DNA of 62,232 bases, counting the filler, from Rhabdomonas costata (lineage: Eukaryota), in NCBI GenBank assembly GCA_019059605.1. It is 30 parts of 30 records of this genome, joined end to end, with 100 filler letters (N's around TTAATTAATTAA, not from the genome) between each part and the next. Parts side by side here need not be neighbours in the genome. Positions count along the whole stretch, not along the records: positions 47,801 to 49,777 come from JAHMHO010006802.1; positions 49,878 to 51,853 come from JAHMHO010006803.1; positions 51,954 to 53,929 come from JAHMHO010006804.1; positions 54,030 to 56,005 come from JAHMHO010006805.1; positions 56,106 to 58,081 come from JAHMHO010006806.1; positions 58,182 to 60,156 come from JAHMHO010006807.1; positions 60,257 to 62,232 come from JAHMHO010006808.1; 23 more parts are not named here. One strand, written 5' to 3'. Numbering within the stretch: position 1 is the stretch's first letter; each line of letters opens with the position of its first letter. Below the pieces are notes generated by a model that saw only the letters and a program-made list of their open reading frames with translations, had not been told where the DNA came from and ran no database searches. A program made the translations under genes and the position numbers. This document shows, in pieces, positions 49,105 through 61,087 of this stretch.

Positions 49105-51351
49105 CTGAAAGAAAAAAAATAAGAAAGGCTTTATTTGATTCATAAAGCAGGCCAGTTGTTCCGCAACGAACGCGGTTGTTCTAAGTTCCAGTCTAGTCTA
49201 GTCTGCAAGAGGGAAAGAAAAGGCGATGACATGCACTGTCCCAGTCACCACACCGAAAGATGATGGTGTGTGGGACGGGTATGAACGTGGGGGTTGTGCT
49301 GTACAACAGGACTTTCAGATTATACCCTTCCGGCGGCTGCTGTTGCACTTTATAACCTTCAATCTGAAGTGTGTTTTCCCATACGAGAAGCTCTTGAACT
49401 TGAGAGGGCGAAGCCGAAGCAGGCCTGGGGTCTGTAGTATATACAGCAGGCCCCCCCGCAACGCTGCGTCCTTGGGGTCCGGAGATTCCCGACCTTTAAC
49501 CCTCGGCCGGTTATAGTGCCCTTGGCGGCTCTTTCCTTACTCTTTTGCGCCGCTACTTGCCCCACGCAGCGGGGTTTACAACGGCATCCACAACGTACAT
49601 TACGAGGACGGGCGCGCGCGCGGGCGCGATTGGTTTGGGTTTTCACTCACGCAAGCGTGCGCGAAGACAAGGAAACTAAGGGGGATTTCGTCAGCGAAAC
49701 AAACCTGCACCTGACAGAAGCAGCACAAACGCATTGTCGTGGGCACGAGGGTTTCTGTCCCTGGTCCACACAACCACNNNNNNNNNNNNNNNNNNNNNNN
49801 NNNNNNNNNNNNNNNNNNNNNTTAATTAATTAANNNNNNNNNNNNNNNNNNNNNNNNNNNNNNNNNNNNNNNNNNNNGTGGTGTTGGTCACAGCAGTCCT
49901 ACCCACTGTTGGTTGCACTACCACTGATGTTGGAATCGCACCACAGCTGGCGTGGATGCACTCGATCACGTTACCATGGTTCGCTCCCCGACATAGGTCG
50001 GTACGCTCACAGGGTCACACTCGTCACATTCAACGTTCATGTTCCTCCTGTTCCTCCGTTTGGGAGGAGCATGAGCGAGGAATGGCTTCCCCCTGTTGCG
50101 TGCCGGTACACAAGTGGTTCTCTTCAAATCGGACGTGCGCTTTTCCCGTGTGCCCACGCGCACTCACGCTCGATCGCTACCCTTTCTCGTGTGTGCAGTG
50201 GACTTCCGTGGCTTTTGCCCCAGAAGTGCGAATTACATTGCAATGGGTTTATGGGTCCCCTTGCTGACGGTAAAGTGATAGCAAGTCTTTTTGACTCACT
50301 GTCACCAGGGAGGAGGGGGGGGGGCAGACCAAGCCCGCAACAACCTGCGATGCAAATTATTTCGCTATCGGTATATCGCTGTTGACACGCGATATTGTGG
50401 GTTTCTCCATCTAATCCTCGCCATGCCCCTTCCCCACACAGCGTGATCTGTGGCTTCCTTTTTTCTGAGGGTTTTGTGTGTCAACGTGTGTCCGTTTCGT
50501 GTTTTGCGTCGGACACTGCACCAAGATTGTGTCGGTTTTTGCGAGCAAAACGGAAGCTTCTTTGGAGTGATCCTTTCCCACTCTTCTCCCTCCCGTGTGC
50601 CCACCACGTGTTCGCTTGTAACGAGCATCCGTGTTCTGAAAAACCATCTTTGTGGCTTGCGAAGCCGGCCACATGGGTGGGTGCTGTGGCCGTGGCTGCA
50701 GCCCCCCAGTGCTTTCCTCGGAGTCACCGAGTGTGCCTGCCGTGGCGCTGCAGGGACGCCACCAACACCTCCCCAGCAGCAGCAGCATGCTGGGCGCCCC
50801 GGCTCGGCGAGCGTTGTGCTTCGATCACGCTCACGGCCAATCTACTGAAGTGTGTGCACATGGGGAGAAGGACACGACTGCATTTCCACGCCATGATGGA
50901 GGATCATGCGCCTAAATGAACCACGCCTGCTTGTAAGTCTGTATTTCACCCTTGTCGTCGAACCTTTAGCGCATCTATCTTTGTTTTTGGCACAGTACGC
51001 CAGAGCAAGAAATCGCTTAGCTGTTATTCGAGGGAGTGCCGGATAGACGAAGAGGAGAAAATAATACAAAAAATATAATAATAAAATAATCTGCATAATC
51101 TGCGGAACGCCCCTCCCGTCTTTGTAACTTAGTCGCTTTAACTCGCTTACACCCCCCTCCCTCCCTCTTGTCATCTTTGTTTTCGCTCCTCATGTTTATT
51201 GGTGCCATTGTGTATCGCCAGCAATGTGCCTTGAGTTAACAACCGAACGCTGTGATCATTTCTCATATTTGCCGGTTTTTTGAAAACGCCCAAGGACACA
51301 AAAATTAAAAAGATGCTTCTCCGGAAACAGTGAAACGACCTCTCGTTTCAG

Positions 51352-51681
51352 GTCTTGGGTTCACCTGCGCTGGGACCTGCTCGCCGTGCGTGGAACCCAG
51401 ACGGCTGGCCGACCCCTTCCAACCCAATCTCAGCAACCTTTCGGGCCCTCTCTAGGCTCTTCGCGGGCTCCCCACAGCCCGCCAGGGAGCAAACCGACAG
51501 TCCTCAGCTGGCAGGCATCATGCCCTCCCCCAAGGGAGGCAACACGTGGACCGACTACCCCTCTGCGACCACTCTGGAGGTGTTCAGTGCTGACCAGCAG
51601 CTTGTGGGGGAAGAGCAGACGGTGCAGCTACGGCCGTTTCTGCCTTCTTGGGTGATAACCCAGGCGCTGGGTCTTCAGAAG
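51352..51681 (+). CDS. Probable 330-nt phase-0 exon, unidentified protein
   Basis: TTTCAG acceptor, 110 open codons (VLGSPALGP...ALGLQK), donor AAG|GTGCGC. Confidence 0.5.
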
Positions 51682-52545
51682 GTGCGCGATCGCACCTTTG
51701 GGCGGAGTTCTTTCTTTGTGGCTGTCTCAGCTTCCCCCACTCCAACCCCGGGTGAAAAACTCGGGCAATGGAACATTCACTTTTCTTTGCGAGATTTACA
51801 AGATCATCCTCTGCCTCACAGAATTCTGTGTGAGGTGGGTGTGACAACAACCCNNNNNNNNNNNNNNNNNNNNNNNNNNNNNNNNNNNNNNNNNNNNTTA
51901 ATTAATTAANNNNNNNNNNNNNNNNNNNNNNNNNNNNNNNNNNNNNNNNNNNNGGGTGGTGGTGGGTGATGCACCTAGATATAAACGCAGAATCTTCATT
52001 GCAGTGCACTCAAAATCAGATTTTCTGCTTTCGCAAAGCTCATTCACAAAAATGGTGTACCCAAAATTCCGTTAGCCGTTTCTTCATTACGAGAGAAATA
52101 GTTTCGGCCAAGGGATATTTGGAAACATTATTATATAAAGGCCCATGACCAGTACATCCCACAGATGGTGGGTCGAGGACCATGTTTCGGCTTGTGTGCT
52201 TTACTCCTCTGCAGCAAGAGTTGCAAAACAAACTCTCCACTGAAAACCATAGCACACAAGGAAAAACGTTGTAGTCAGCCGTGGAACAGTTCTCCTGTAT
52301 CAGAAGCGCTGGTTCCGGGCTAAGCAGAGAGTTTCTGAAAGAAAGAGCGGGTCCAGGCGAAAATCTGTTGCAGGACCAATATGGGAATGGGGCCACGGTG
52401 AGAGAGGGACATATTCTTTTGATGCTAGCTTTCTCATGAAAAAAGAAAGCGCAGTGATTGCCGAGATGGCTGCACTTGGAACATATATCATGCAGCCGTT
52501 GTCTTTGACGAGAGAGTGAGAAATGGGGTGAAAAGACAGCAGCGG

Positions 52546-53916
52546 TTACTTCTTCGGCTTAGTGGCCTTCGCAGGAGCTGGGGTCGAGGGTGCGGGCTCG
52601 GTCGTCAGGTCGATGACCTTCGCCTTTGCAAAGATCAGGAAATGGCCGGCAGAAGGGATTTTTTCTTCTGCGCTGACGCGTGCGTCATTGCAACACCACC
52701 AAGCCATGCCGTTTCTTATCCACGCCACCCAGTGGCCGGGGCGAGCTTCCACTGTTGCCACGACGGTCATCGGACTCCTTCCCAGCACGAAGTCTTTGAT
52801 GTCCACCTTTGTCTCGGGAGTCGGCGCCCAGAGCTCTACAACGACATACTGCCCCTGAACGAGCCAGTCAACTTTGGCAGTGGCTTGCATGCCCCCAGGT
52901 TCACAGGGGCAGTCCACGGAGGACAGGGTGAGCTCCTCTCGGGCGCTCTTCTCCACGACCTCCGCCAGGTCAGTCGACTCGCCAGCCGGAACCATCACTG
53001 TGAACTGGTTCACCGGCTGACGGCGAATGGGTTTCTGGCACTTTGGGCAAGTCACCAGCAATCTTTTGGTAACTGCGCACGCTGGAGGAGCTGCGATGCT
53101 CAGCAAAAGGTGCCAGATCGACCTGGCATCTTCGGAGCTCATCGGGTTGTTGTGGAGCGCAACTCTGCGCTTGATCAGTGCAAACGCTGCTTGAAGATCC
53201 AGGCTGGCTGGGGTGTTGCCTGCGCCAACGAAGGCGATCAGCTTCCCAATGGTGGTGAGCAACTCTCCCCTTTCTGCTTGTGTTCCTGGGCAGGTGAACG
53301 CCACGGAGAGCTCGCGACAGCTGGCCACACACTGCAGCACGGCGTTCATCCCGCAGCGGATGAGCGGCTCGTTAGGAAGAGCAGGTGGCTTGTAGCTCAC
53401 CACGACCTCTGCGTCTGCATACTGCTCCGAAAAAGAGCGAATGAGGCCTGATTCCGTCGCTGGGTCAGGGAGAGGAACAGGCCAGCGCTTTTCGCCAGAA
53501 GGGCGAAAAAGCACCACGTGAATGACAGGCTTCCCCATCCACGGGATTCCTTCAAGCTCTTTGAATCTTGCCCAGCCCAAAATGTCAAGTTTCGCTCCTT
53601 CCGCAAAGAGCTGCTTGATCGCGGCATTGAGCAGCGCGCGGAAACTGGGCAGTTCTGCTCCAGGAAGCGCCCACCATTCTGACAAGAACTTCAGAACGCG
53701 CCGTACGCGGAAGACGAACTCGAACTGCTGGCCTCCCAGTGTTGTGAGGCAGAGCTGAAACTCTGCAAACCTTTGCGTTGGCCGTCTGCCCCTGGACAAA
53801 CAAACACCAGGAATTTCCATCCTCATTCGGTTCCTCGCACTTGGAAGAAGCAGCGCAACCCCCGCATTATACAAATTGGTGCGCACCCTGACACCCCCCC
53901 TACTTGATATGTTCAC
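52546..53916 (-). CDS. Divergent ubiquitin-specific protease (USP/C19-like) with an uncharacterised N-terminal region
   Basis: Cys box PNEPLIRCGMNAVLQCV, SEDA, zinc-finger CPKC...CPC, His box PGHWVAWIRNGMAWWCCNDARVS. Uninterrupted frame of 456 codons. The true start may be a splice acceptor at 53791 (TTGTCCAG) or the ATGs near 53820. Confidence 0.78.
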   Translation of the reverse strand: MNISSRGGVRVRTNLYNAGVALLLPSARNRMRMEIPGVCLSRGRRPTQRFAEFQLCLTTLGGQQFEFVFRVRRVLKFLSEWWALPGAELPSFRALLNAAIKQLFAEGAKLDILGWARFKELEGIPWMGKPVIHVVLFRPSGEKRWPVPLPDPATESGLIRSFSEQYADAEVVVSYKPPALPNEPLIRCGMNAVLQCVASCRELSVAFTCPGTQAERGELLTTIGKLIAFVGAGNTPASLDLQAAFALIKRRVALHNNPMSSEDARSIWHLLLSIAAPPACAVTKRLLVTCPKCQKPIRRQPVNQFTVMVPAGESTDLAEVVEKSAREELTLSSVDCPCEPGGMQATAKVDWLVQGQYVVVELWAPTPETKVDIKDFVLGRSPMTVVATVEARPGHWVAWIRNGMAWWCCNDARVSAEEKIPSAGHFLIFAKAKVIDLTTEPAPSTPAPAKATKPKK

Positions 53917-54029
53917 TTACACCCACACCNNNNNNNNNNNNNNNNNNNNNNNNNNNNNNNNNNNNNNNNNNNNTTAATTAATTAANNNNNNNNNNNNNNN
54001 NNNNNNNNNNNNNNNNNNNNNNNNNNNNN

Positions 54030-55014
54030 TGGGGGTGGTGGCAACCAGAGGCTTGTTGGTTGTGTTCATCGCCCCGAAGCCACTGAGCAGGGCCACCCCA
54101 ACTGTGGCACACTTCAGCGCCCCCACGTCGTTCGCCCCGTCTCCGCACATCAGCGTGGCCCGCCCCGTGCGGTTAATCGCCCGAATTACCTGAGAAATGA
54201 GAGGGAATCGATGGGGGGCTTTCCTTCCTTCCTTCCTTTCACGCTCCCCCCACCTGCGCCCTTGTACACAGACAATTTTTTTGGGCATTCTGGACACGTG
54301 TTGATCCTTTTCTTTTCTGGGCATTCTGGACACGTGTTGATCCTTTTCCCGTTTGCTTGTCATTGTAACATCCCGAAACTGAGAATTCAGTATGTTACGA
54401 GTTTAACGCCCCGCCCCAATGCAACAGCCCCTCCCAAATCAGTGCACGGACAGGAAAGCACAGACAAAATGCAGGCACGAAATGGAAAATGAAGTCACAC
54501 AAAGAGATGCGACACACATGCACCCACACATCAGGCTCCGTGGTTGGTGTTAGGACACAACAACATACGGCAGCCTCAATTGACACAAGACAAGAAACCA
54601 CTGTTAGCGGTTACCCAAGACCCACGCCCCTCTTCCCTCTCGGCGCACAGTCCCACTTTCATTCTCGTGCTTTGTGGCGCACCACACTCCGCATCTGTGC
54701 TCTTACTGCACTTACATATATGTTTTTGGCATCCTACCGAACGGTTAGCACTGCTGCCCAAGAGTCGGAAGTGTCGTTCCTGACAACGTTTCCTTGGGTA
54801 TGGAGCTAACTGGGTTTTCGTGAGAAACCATGACTTCCCGTTACACCTACAATATGGAGTATCGTCTTCCCACGCATAGTAACATTTAATTGGCATTTCC
54901 TCGGAAGCCTACCTGCTCCTTGTCATCCGGGGCCATTCGGGAGAAGATCGTGATGCTCTCCAAGTGATCCAGGAAACCTGGCACACGCTCCGCGGCGGCC
55001 TTGAAGGCGGAGCC
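54030..55014 (-). CDS. P5A-type ATPase (ATP13A1/Spf1-like), 2 exons
   Basis: Exons 55014-54913 and 54189-54030: [51 protein letters not shown]. TLMCGDGxNDVGALK...GVALL is P5A-like. Confidence 0.9.
54282..54348. repeat. Intronic tandem duplication (31-nt identical unit, 36-nt period)
   Basis: TGGGCATTCTGGACACGTGTTGATCCTTTTC at 54282 and 54318. Confidence 0.9.
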
Positions 55015-56458
55015 CTGTGACCGGAGAGTCAAAAAATCTGTGCTTTTTTTGTCTCTTTTCTTTTTGCGCACGTGACCGACGGGGCGGCAGAAAAGAACTT
55101 CCACGACTAGACTGCTCCAGAGCTTCACGGGTCTTGCACAAGTCAGGATGTTCCAAGTAGTGCCCTTGGAAAAGTGACGGAACTTGGAAAAGTGATTTGC
55201 ACCAGGACGGGGCGGAAATCGAGGTTACATGATGAGCTAAGTTGTGCCTCACAGGGCAGACGGCATTGGAAACTCAGGTTACTGCTTCACGTAACGCACG
55301 GCGCGCACGCTCTGCAAGCGTGCGTAGAGAGTAGAGAAGCAATAATGTACATAACCGTGTGTGCCCGTTGCAGCGGCAGGGTATACACCTGGCCCGGTAG
55401 AGCCATGCGTACACCACTAGCACACCACCCGTTTGTTTCGGATAAATTTGAGGAATTCAGGAGCCCTCGTTTCCCCACCTAAGCCACATGCTTTGCTTCG
55501 CAAACGTTTAGTGCAGGGGGGACCACTCCCAACCCGCGCCCCGCACCCACTCAGGAAGAAGAAGTGAAAGGTGCGTGAAGCGAAAGGTGTGATTATGGAG
55601 AGGAGATCGCAAACCGAAACTAGGAGAGTGTGGCTCGCGGAGAGGTCGTGCAAGGTAGAGGGCTTCAGTGGGCTGTGCTCGGCTCCGGTGTCCACATCCT
55701 CCTGAAGGCGCAGGGGAGAATGCTATCATCACAACTGCGTGCAAACAAGCACACAATCACTTACTACAATTAAATAAAACGAGTACATTGCAGGCACCTC
55801 GAAAACAGGAGTTGATGAAAAGGTCAAGGGGACGAAACTCGCCCCACAAAGGGGCTTGAAGAAAAGGAAAAGGAAACATCCCAGATACAAATCGCGAATC
55901 GTACCCACGCAAAGCCGTCGTCCTTGGCACGAAGGGACAGTGAGGTCGGCTTCGAAGAATTGGAGGAAGGCTTTGCGTTGATTATGCCAACCTGAACCAC
56001 ACAACNNNNNNNNNNNNNNNNNNNNNNNNNNNNNNNNNNNNNNNNNNNNTTAATTAATTAANNNNNNNNNNNNNNNNNNNNNNNNNNNNNNNNNNNNNNN
56101 NNNNNTGTTGTTGTGTTACCTTCAAAATAATTGCAACTTATTGCAAACTGTAATACTAAACTGTGGCAATGGACCCCACGTCAGTTTTTTTCGATTGGGT
56201 GGGGTTTACAAGAATACGGCTGCGAAAGGAGTGCCGGTTGCTGAGCTTTTTCAACAAGTGGACAGCATTAGTTTAGTGGCGGAGAAGGCCCACGGCGCGT
56301 GCGGAGCGGGTGGGAATGTGTGGCCTTGGACCTTTCATAAGGCTTCTGGAAAAAAAACGTTGGAAACTTCACGTTCAGAATTACGCTGAGACTCTGAGTG
56401 TCCTCCACAGACTCAATTACTCGTGATTTTTCGGTGGTGGTGGTGGGAAGTGTCATAC

Positions 56459-57739
56459 TTTCTCTCAACTTTTCTCTGCTCGTTGGCTTCTGCGATGAGC
56501 TTCTCCAGCTCAGTCTGCACCTGCTTCAGATCGGTCATGTTAGGATACAGCATCTGCAGCAGCTTCTTAGCTCCCTCCTGTGCCCCCAAGATCCCCATGT
56601 AAAGCAAGCAAGCACAGCGGCTTCAATGGTTCCACAAATGACCGACCAGGATGATTCGGCTTGCCCGGGGCACGCCTAATCAGTCTTCTTGTTGAGTTTG
56701 GCACGTTTCGAAGGAAATGTGAGGTTTCCAAATTTTCGGAGGTCGGAGAGAAAATTCCCCCCTCTAGCTTGAAACAAGACACTGAAGTGGAGCTACCTAC
56801 CCCAACCCAGAGGACAGTATGAAAGTTAAGTTTGCTCCCGTTCGAACAATCATCAATGGCGTTGAGTCGGCAACTTTGCAACGCTCTCCTCAGCCACAGA
56901 GCCTGACGGCAAGCCAATCAAATTACAAAGCCCGACCGAGAACGCCACTGCATCTGGAAGAAAGCAAAACGCCTATGAACAGCACACATGGCACACCAAA
57001 AAACAGAAAAAGAGCTGACGTGAGCACACCGTCCTCATGGACTTCTTCGAGCCTCCAGCCACAAAGGCCGTCAGTGATGACCCGTCGGGGAGAGTGAGAG
57101 AAACCTCACCTGTTGGGCAGCCCACATCCACCCACCCACATCCCCACTCGAATCCACAGCGGTCTGAAAGCCAGGCTCAATTCCCATTTGCGCATTGCCA
57201 GAAGAACAGGAACCTCAGTACAATGCTCTCTGCACATTGGGTGATACGATTTCCTCAGCGGAACAGCTGAAGGCTCACTCACTGACTGTCTTCCTGAGGC
57301 CGTTCTGAGATTTTCGCGGGCATGCTGAAGCCGAAGAGATCATTGTGCGGAGTAGTGGTGCGGAGTAGAGAGAGCAACCCACGGAAAGGGTGGGGGAGTT
57401 GCTGGTGGGCAGGCAGACCTGGTTGCATTGGGTCCGGCCACTTCACCGTGGGGAAGGGCATCTTCTTTTGCTGGCACACCATGTTCAGCAGGGAGACCAC
57501 ATCACTGGGAATGCGGGACTCCCCTGTCCCGGTAGCCACACCCCCAGCGCCAGCAATCCCAGCGGAAAGCTCCGCAGCCTTGCCCGGGGTCAGGGGCACG
57601 AACCCAGGCCCACGGGCCGCTGCGCTGACCTGGCCGAGGCTCGAGCTTGAAGTGGCCGTGGGAAGGGTTTTAGAGAGGGAAGAGGAGGGCAGTGCCGAGG
57701 AGGAAGACGAGGATGCTGTGCTGGGGATGGCGGTGGGTG
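56459..57739 (-). CDS. Double-stranded RNA-binding domain (dsRBD) protein, 3 exons
   Basis: Exons 57739-57383, 57109-57030 and 56577-56459 splice to DVVSLLNMVCQQKKMPFP...PF|REVSLTLPDGSSLTAFVAGGSKKSMRT|EGAKKLLQMLYP, giving dsRBD helix 1, F..xV and the GxSKK helix-2 motif. Confidence 0.72.
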
Positions 57740-58870
57740 CTGAGAAAAAGAAAGAAGAGCAACCTTTACAAGTGCCTTGAATGTCGAGAAAAACACTGCA
57801 CCCGCTTCAACTGAACGAGCTCTCGCGCTTAAGGGCACGATTTACCGCGGCACCCCACCATCACATTGGCACACACACCGATGGAACGCATTCCACTTGA
57901 GAGAAGGGGACGCCAAAGTCTCTTTGAATTTGAGAATATGGATGGTTCGAATTTTAAGCCCCACGTTTAAGTCCAATTTTCACAGGTCCACGTTCGCGGA
58001 GCACGAGTACAACCACTAGCCCCCACCAAACCTCGTTCCAAACGAACGAAAAATTCCAAAACAACCCAAACACCCAACACANNNNNNNNNNNNNNNNNNN
58101 NNNNNNNNNNNNNNNNNNNNNNNNNTTAATTAATTAANNNNNNNNNNNNNNNNNNNNNNNNNNNNNNNNNNNNNNNNNNNNGGGTTGTTGTGTACTTCAG
58201 AAACTGTGAATGTGATTGCAACTGTCCCGAAATCCAAACACAGGAAACAAGAAAGAGAAAGTCACCTTCGCCCACGCCCGACTCTCCCCCATTAAGCTAC
58301 CCTCCATCTCCCATGAAGGTCCACAGTTTCTGAAGTCCACATCAATCCCATAAAAGCGTAGACGGACGAAAAGTAAGTGCAAGCTAACAACAGAAGACGC
58401 GACACATAATAGAGAAGGGAGTGTAACTATGAGGCGGGCAACGCAAAAAGAAAAACACGGAGGACTACATCACCTTCGCGCACACGTAGAAGCACACACA
58501 CACACGTCCTAACCGTCGCTCACGGTTTCCCAGGGCGCATTCCCAGATGATTAGCGAGAGAGTGTAGCCGCCTCTTCGCTTCACATTTGGGGTTGCTGCC
58601 CACCATTGTCCACTGTCCGAGTAACGCAGCCACGAGTGAGCGAGTGAATGAGGGAGTGAAAGAACAGATGAAAGCTATTCCATACATACAGAGTGAGGAA
58701 AAATGATGGGCGTATATAGAGGCCAATTTTCTTGGAAGAGTAGAACGGTAACGAGGAGCCGCGAGACAATGATCGAAGAGAACGCAGGGGAGCTGGGGTT
58801 CGTATGGGGCGTGGTGCAACTGCTTCGCGGGTTTTCTTCCTTAGATTGGGGATATGAAATGTGTGGGATC

Positions 58871-59898
58871 TCACTCCTCCTCGCAAAGATTCATCTGACA
58901 TCGGGAAAGGTTTCCTAGGGGTTTGGGAACGCGCCGGTCCTTGCGATGGAAGGAGGTGGCCTTCCCCACTGCCGGGCCTTCATGGGGAAGGTACAAGCGA
59001 AAGCTCTCCATGCTGCCTGAAGGCCATAACAAAGAGGGCAACCGCCGCACAGCCGAAAACGCTGTAATCGCACGGCGAAGACAAGGATGAAAAAAAAAAA
59101 AGACGCAGAAGAAGAAACATGCAGGTACTATCTGTCGCGGACAAGCGGACGACATTTCACGCGTGCTTCCCAGCCTGGTACAATTTTTCCAGTGGACTCA
59201 AGGTTGACTTCAAGCTCTCAGGTTTTTCCGGCCAAGGGAGACCCACGAAACCTCAGGTACATATCCCTCACGTTACAGACATGACGCCTGATGTGCTGAA
59301 GATGAATGAGCATTTATTTCGGTGTGCGTGTGTGTCTGCGCGTGTGTGTGGGTGTCAGGGTATTCTTGACCAAAGAGGTAACTGTTATTATAAAATCCAG
59401 CTGGGCAAAATTTTTTTCGGGCGGAGGGGGGAGAGTCGGGAAATATTTTGATGATAACCAGAACCGAAAATAATCAGGCCGCGGGGACAACACCCAGACA
59501 AGGTTACTTGGGATCGAGCATTCATTCTTTTGGGATAATCACCTCTTCAATTTCCTTACCTTTCAGGATAGGAAAGAACGCACACCCCACAGGGGACTTT
59601 CCATCCCGGAGAGCAGGTCCTCGGAAGATGGGCCCTCACTGTCCGCATCCTCCGTACCCACCACGGTCCCCTCCATACTGGACAACAGAGAGGATCCCGT
59701 GAACGCCATGGAGCCGGAGTGGACCTCTGGAATCTCCGGAGAGGAAGGGGTGGAGGTGGGGATGGGGCCCGGGCATGGGCCGCCGCGGACGCGAGTAGGG
59801 CTGCCGGGCTTCAAGACAAGGAAGACCTGCTCCTCCCCCTTGGCGGGCCCACCACATCGCGAGGCCGGGACACACAGTGAAGGAAGCCTCAGGGTGTC
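58871..59898 (-). CDS. Last two exons of an unidentified low-complexity protein
   Basis: Exons 59898-59586 and 59016-58871 join in phase 1 (ESPLW|GSMESF...CEEE*) across a GT-AG intron. Confidence 0.5.
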
Positions 59899-60462
59899 CT
59901 AGCAGCAAGAAGCCATCCATGGAAAAAAGACCCCAAAACCAGCTGAAAACGCGAATACATCCGTTATTTTCATCGAGGTTCAGCAGGAGCAGAAAAAGAA
60001 AGGGGAGGCAACAGAAAAAATTAGTAGAAGACAATGACCAACACATTACGCACAGAGAAAGGCAAAAAGATTTTCGATTCGAGAATAAAAAACAAATTAC
60101 AAATAACGAGCAAAAAAGGCAAACCCAACAAGGAAAGCTATTCCACCACAACCCAANNNNNNNNNNNNNNNNNNNNNNNNNNNNNNNNNNNNNNNNNNNN
60201 TTAATTAATTAANNNNNNNNNNNNNNNNNNNNNNNNNNNNNNNNNNNNNNNNNNNNGTGGTTGGGGTGGGGGGGGGGAAGCTGTAAAGCGTCGCCGCTTC
60301 TGGCACAACACAATGACAGAGCTGAGGAAGCAAATGCCAGTCGGAAAACTCCTTGTGAGGTGCCTGCTTCCCCGGTAAAAAGGGAAAGCACTCCTGTACT
60401 ATGCGCCAGGCCATGGCGCTGCCTCCGCTACGGGGCTCCATCCTCGGAGAGAAGTAGCTCAC

Positions 60463-61087
60463 CCAGAGTGGCCTGAATCAGAGCCTCGAACTGAGCATGA
60501 GAGATCTCGTACCCTGGCTGCCGCCCACTGAAGCGCTCCCATTGCCCTTGAAACGCTGCGCAGAAGCAACCAGCCATGCGCCAACACCAGACAGTACAAC
60601 AGGACTGGAGGATTGAATCTTTATTTTGAAATTACGGCAGCCATGCAGGGTATGAGTGCGGATAAGGTCGCAGAGCTGGTGTGACGCAGGAGCGCCAATA
60701 AAGATGGGGGAGGGAGTAAGGCAAATGAGAAAATAAGAAAAAGTGACCGCTTTGCTTTGTTTCTATACCCAACAGCTATGATCATGCACACATCCGAGAA
60801 CAAAAGATGTATGAGTCCTCCCAACGTCTGAAATTGAGTAAAAAAGCAAACTGCACATGACACGCAAAGCTGCGAAAAAAAACTCGCTTTTTCCCAAATG
60901 ACCGACGATTGCTGCCGCCTAGCAATCAGAAACATACAAGCGCGCAAATGAACACAAATCCCTCCCATCGATCCTCCCACCCGTCCCCTCTCCCCCAAAG
61001 ATACTCGCGGTCATCGCAGGGGCCGTGGCGACCATAGTCTGCAGGGCTGTCGCCGCTTCCTTAGAAGACAGCATTCCCGAGGAGGAC
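60463..61087 (-). CDS. Possible exons of an EF-hand-like protein
   Basis: SSSGMLSSKEAATALQTMV... and TFQGQWERFSGRQPGYEISHAQFEALIQATL are bounded by CAG and GT. Degenerate EF-hand resemblance only; boundaries are approximate. Confidence 0.35.

Noticed and set aside
52516-53451. 311-aa plus-strand ORF and the many other 60-250 aa ORFs in the track
   Set aside because: They are antisense shadows of GC-rich exons or chance frames in introns, with no recognisable motifs.
54282-54348. Two 31-nt direct repeats as a mini-CRISPR
   Set aside because: The gap is only 5 nt, there are two copies, the site is a eukaryotic intron and no cas genes are present. It is a simple tandem duplication.
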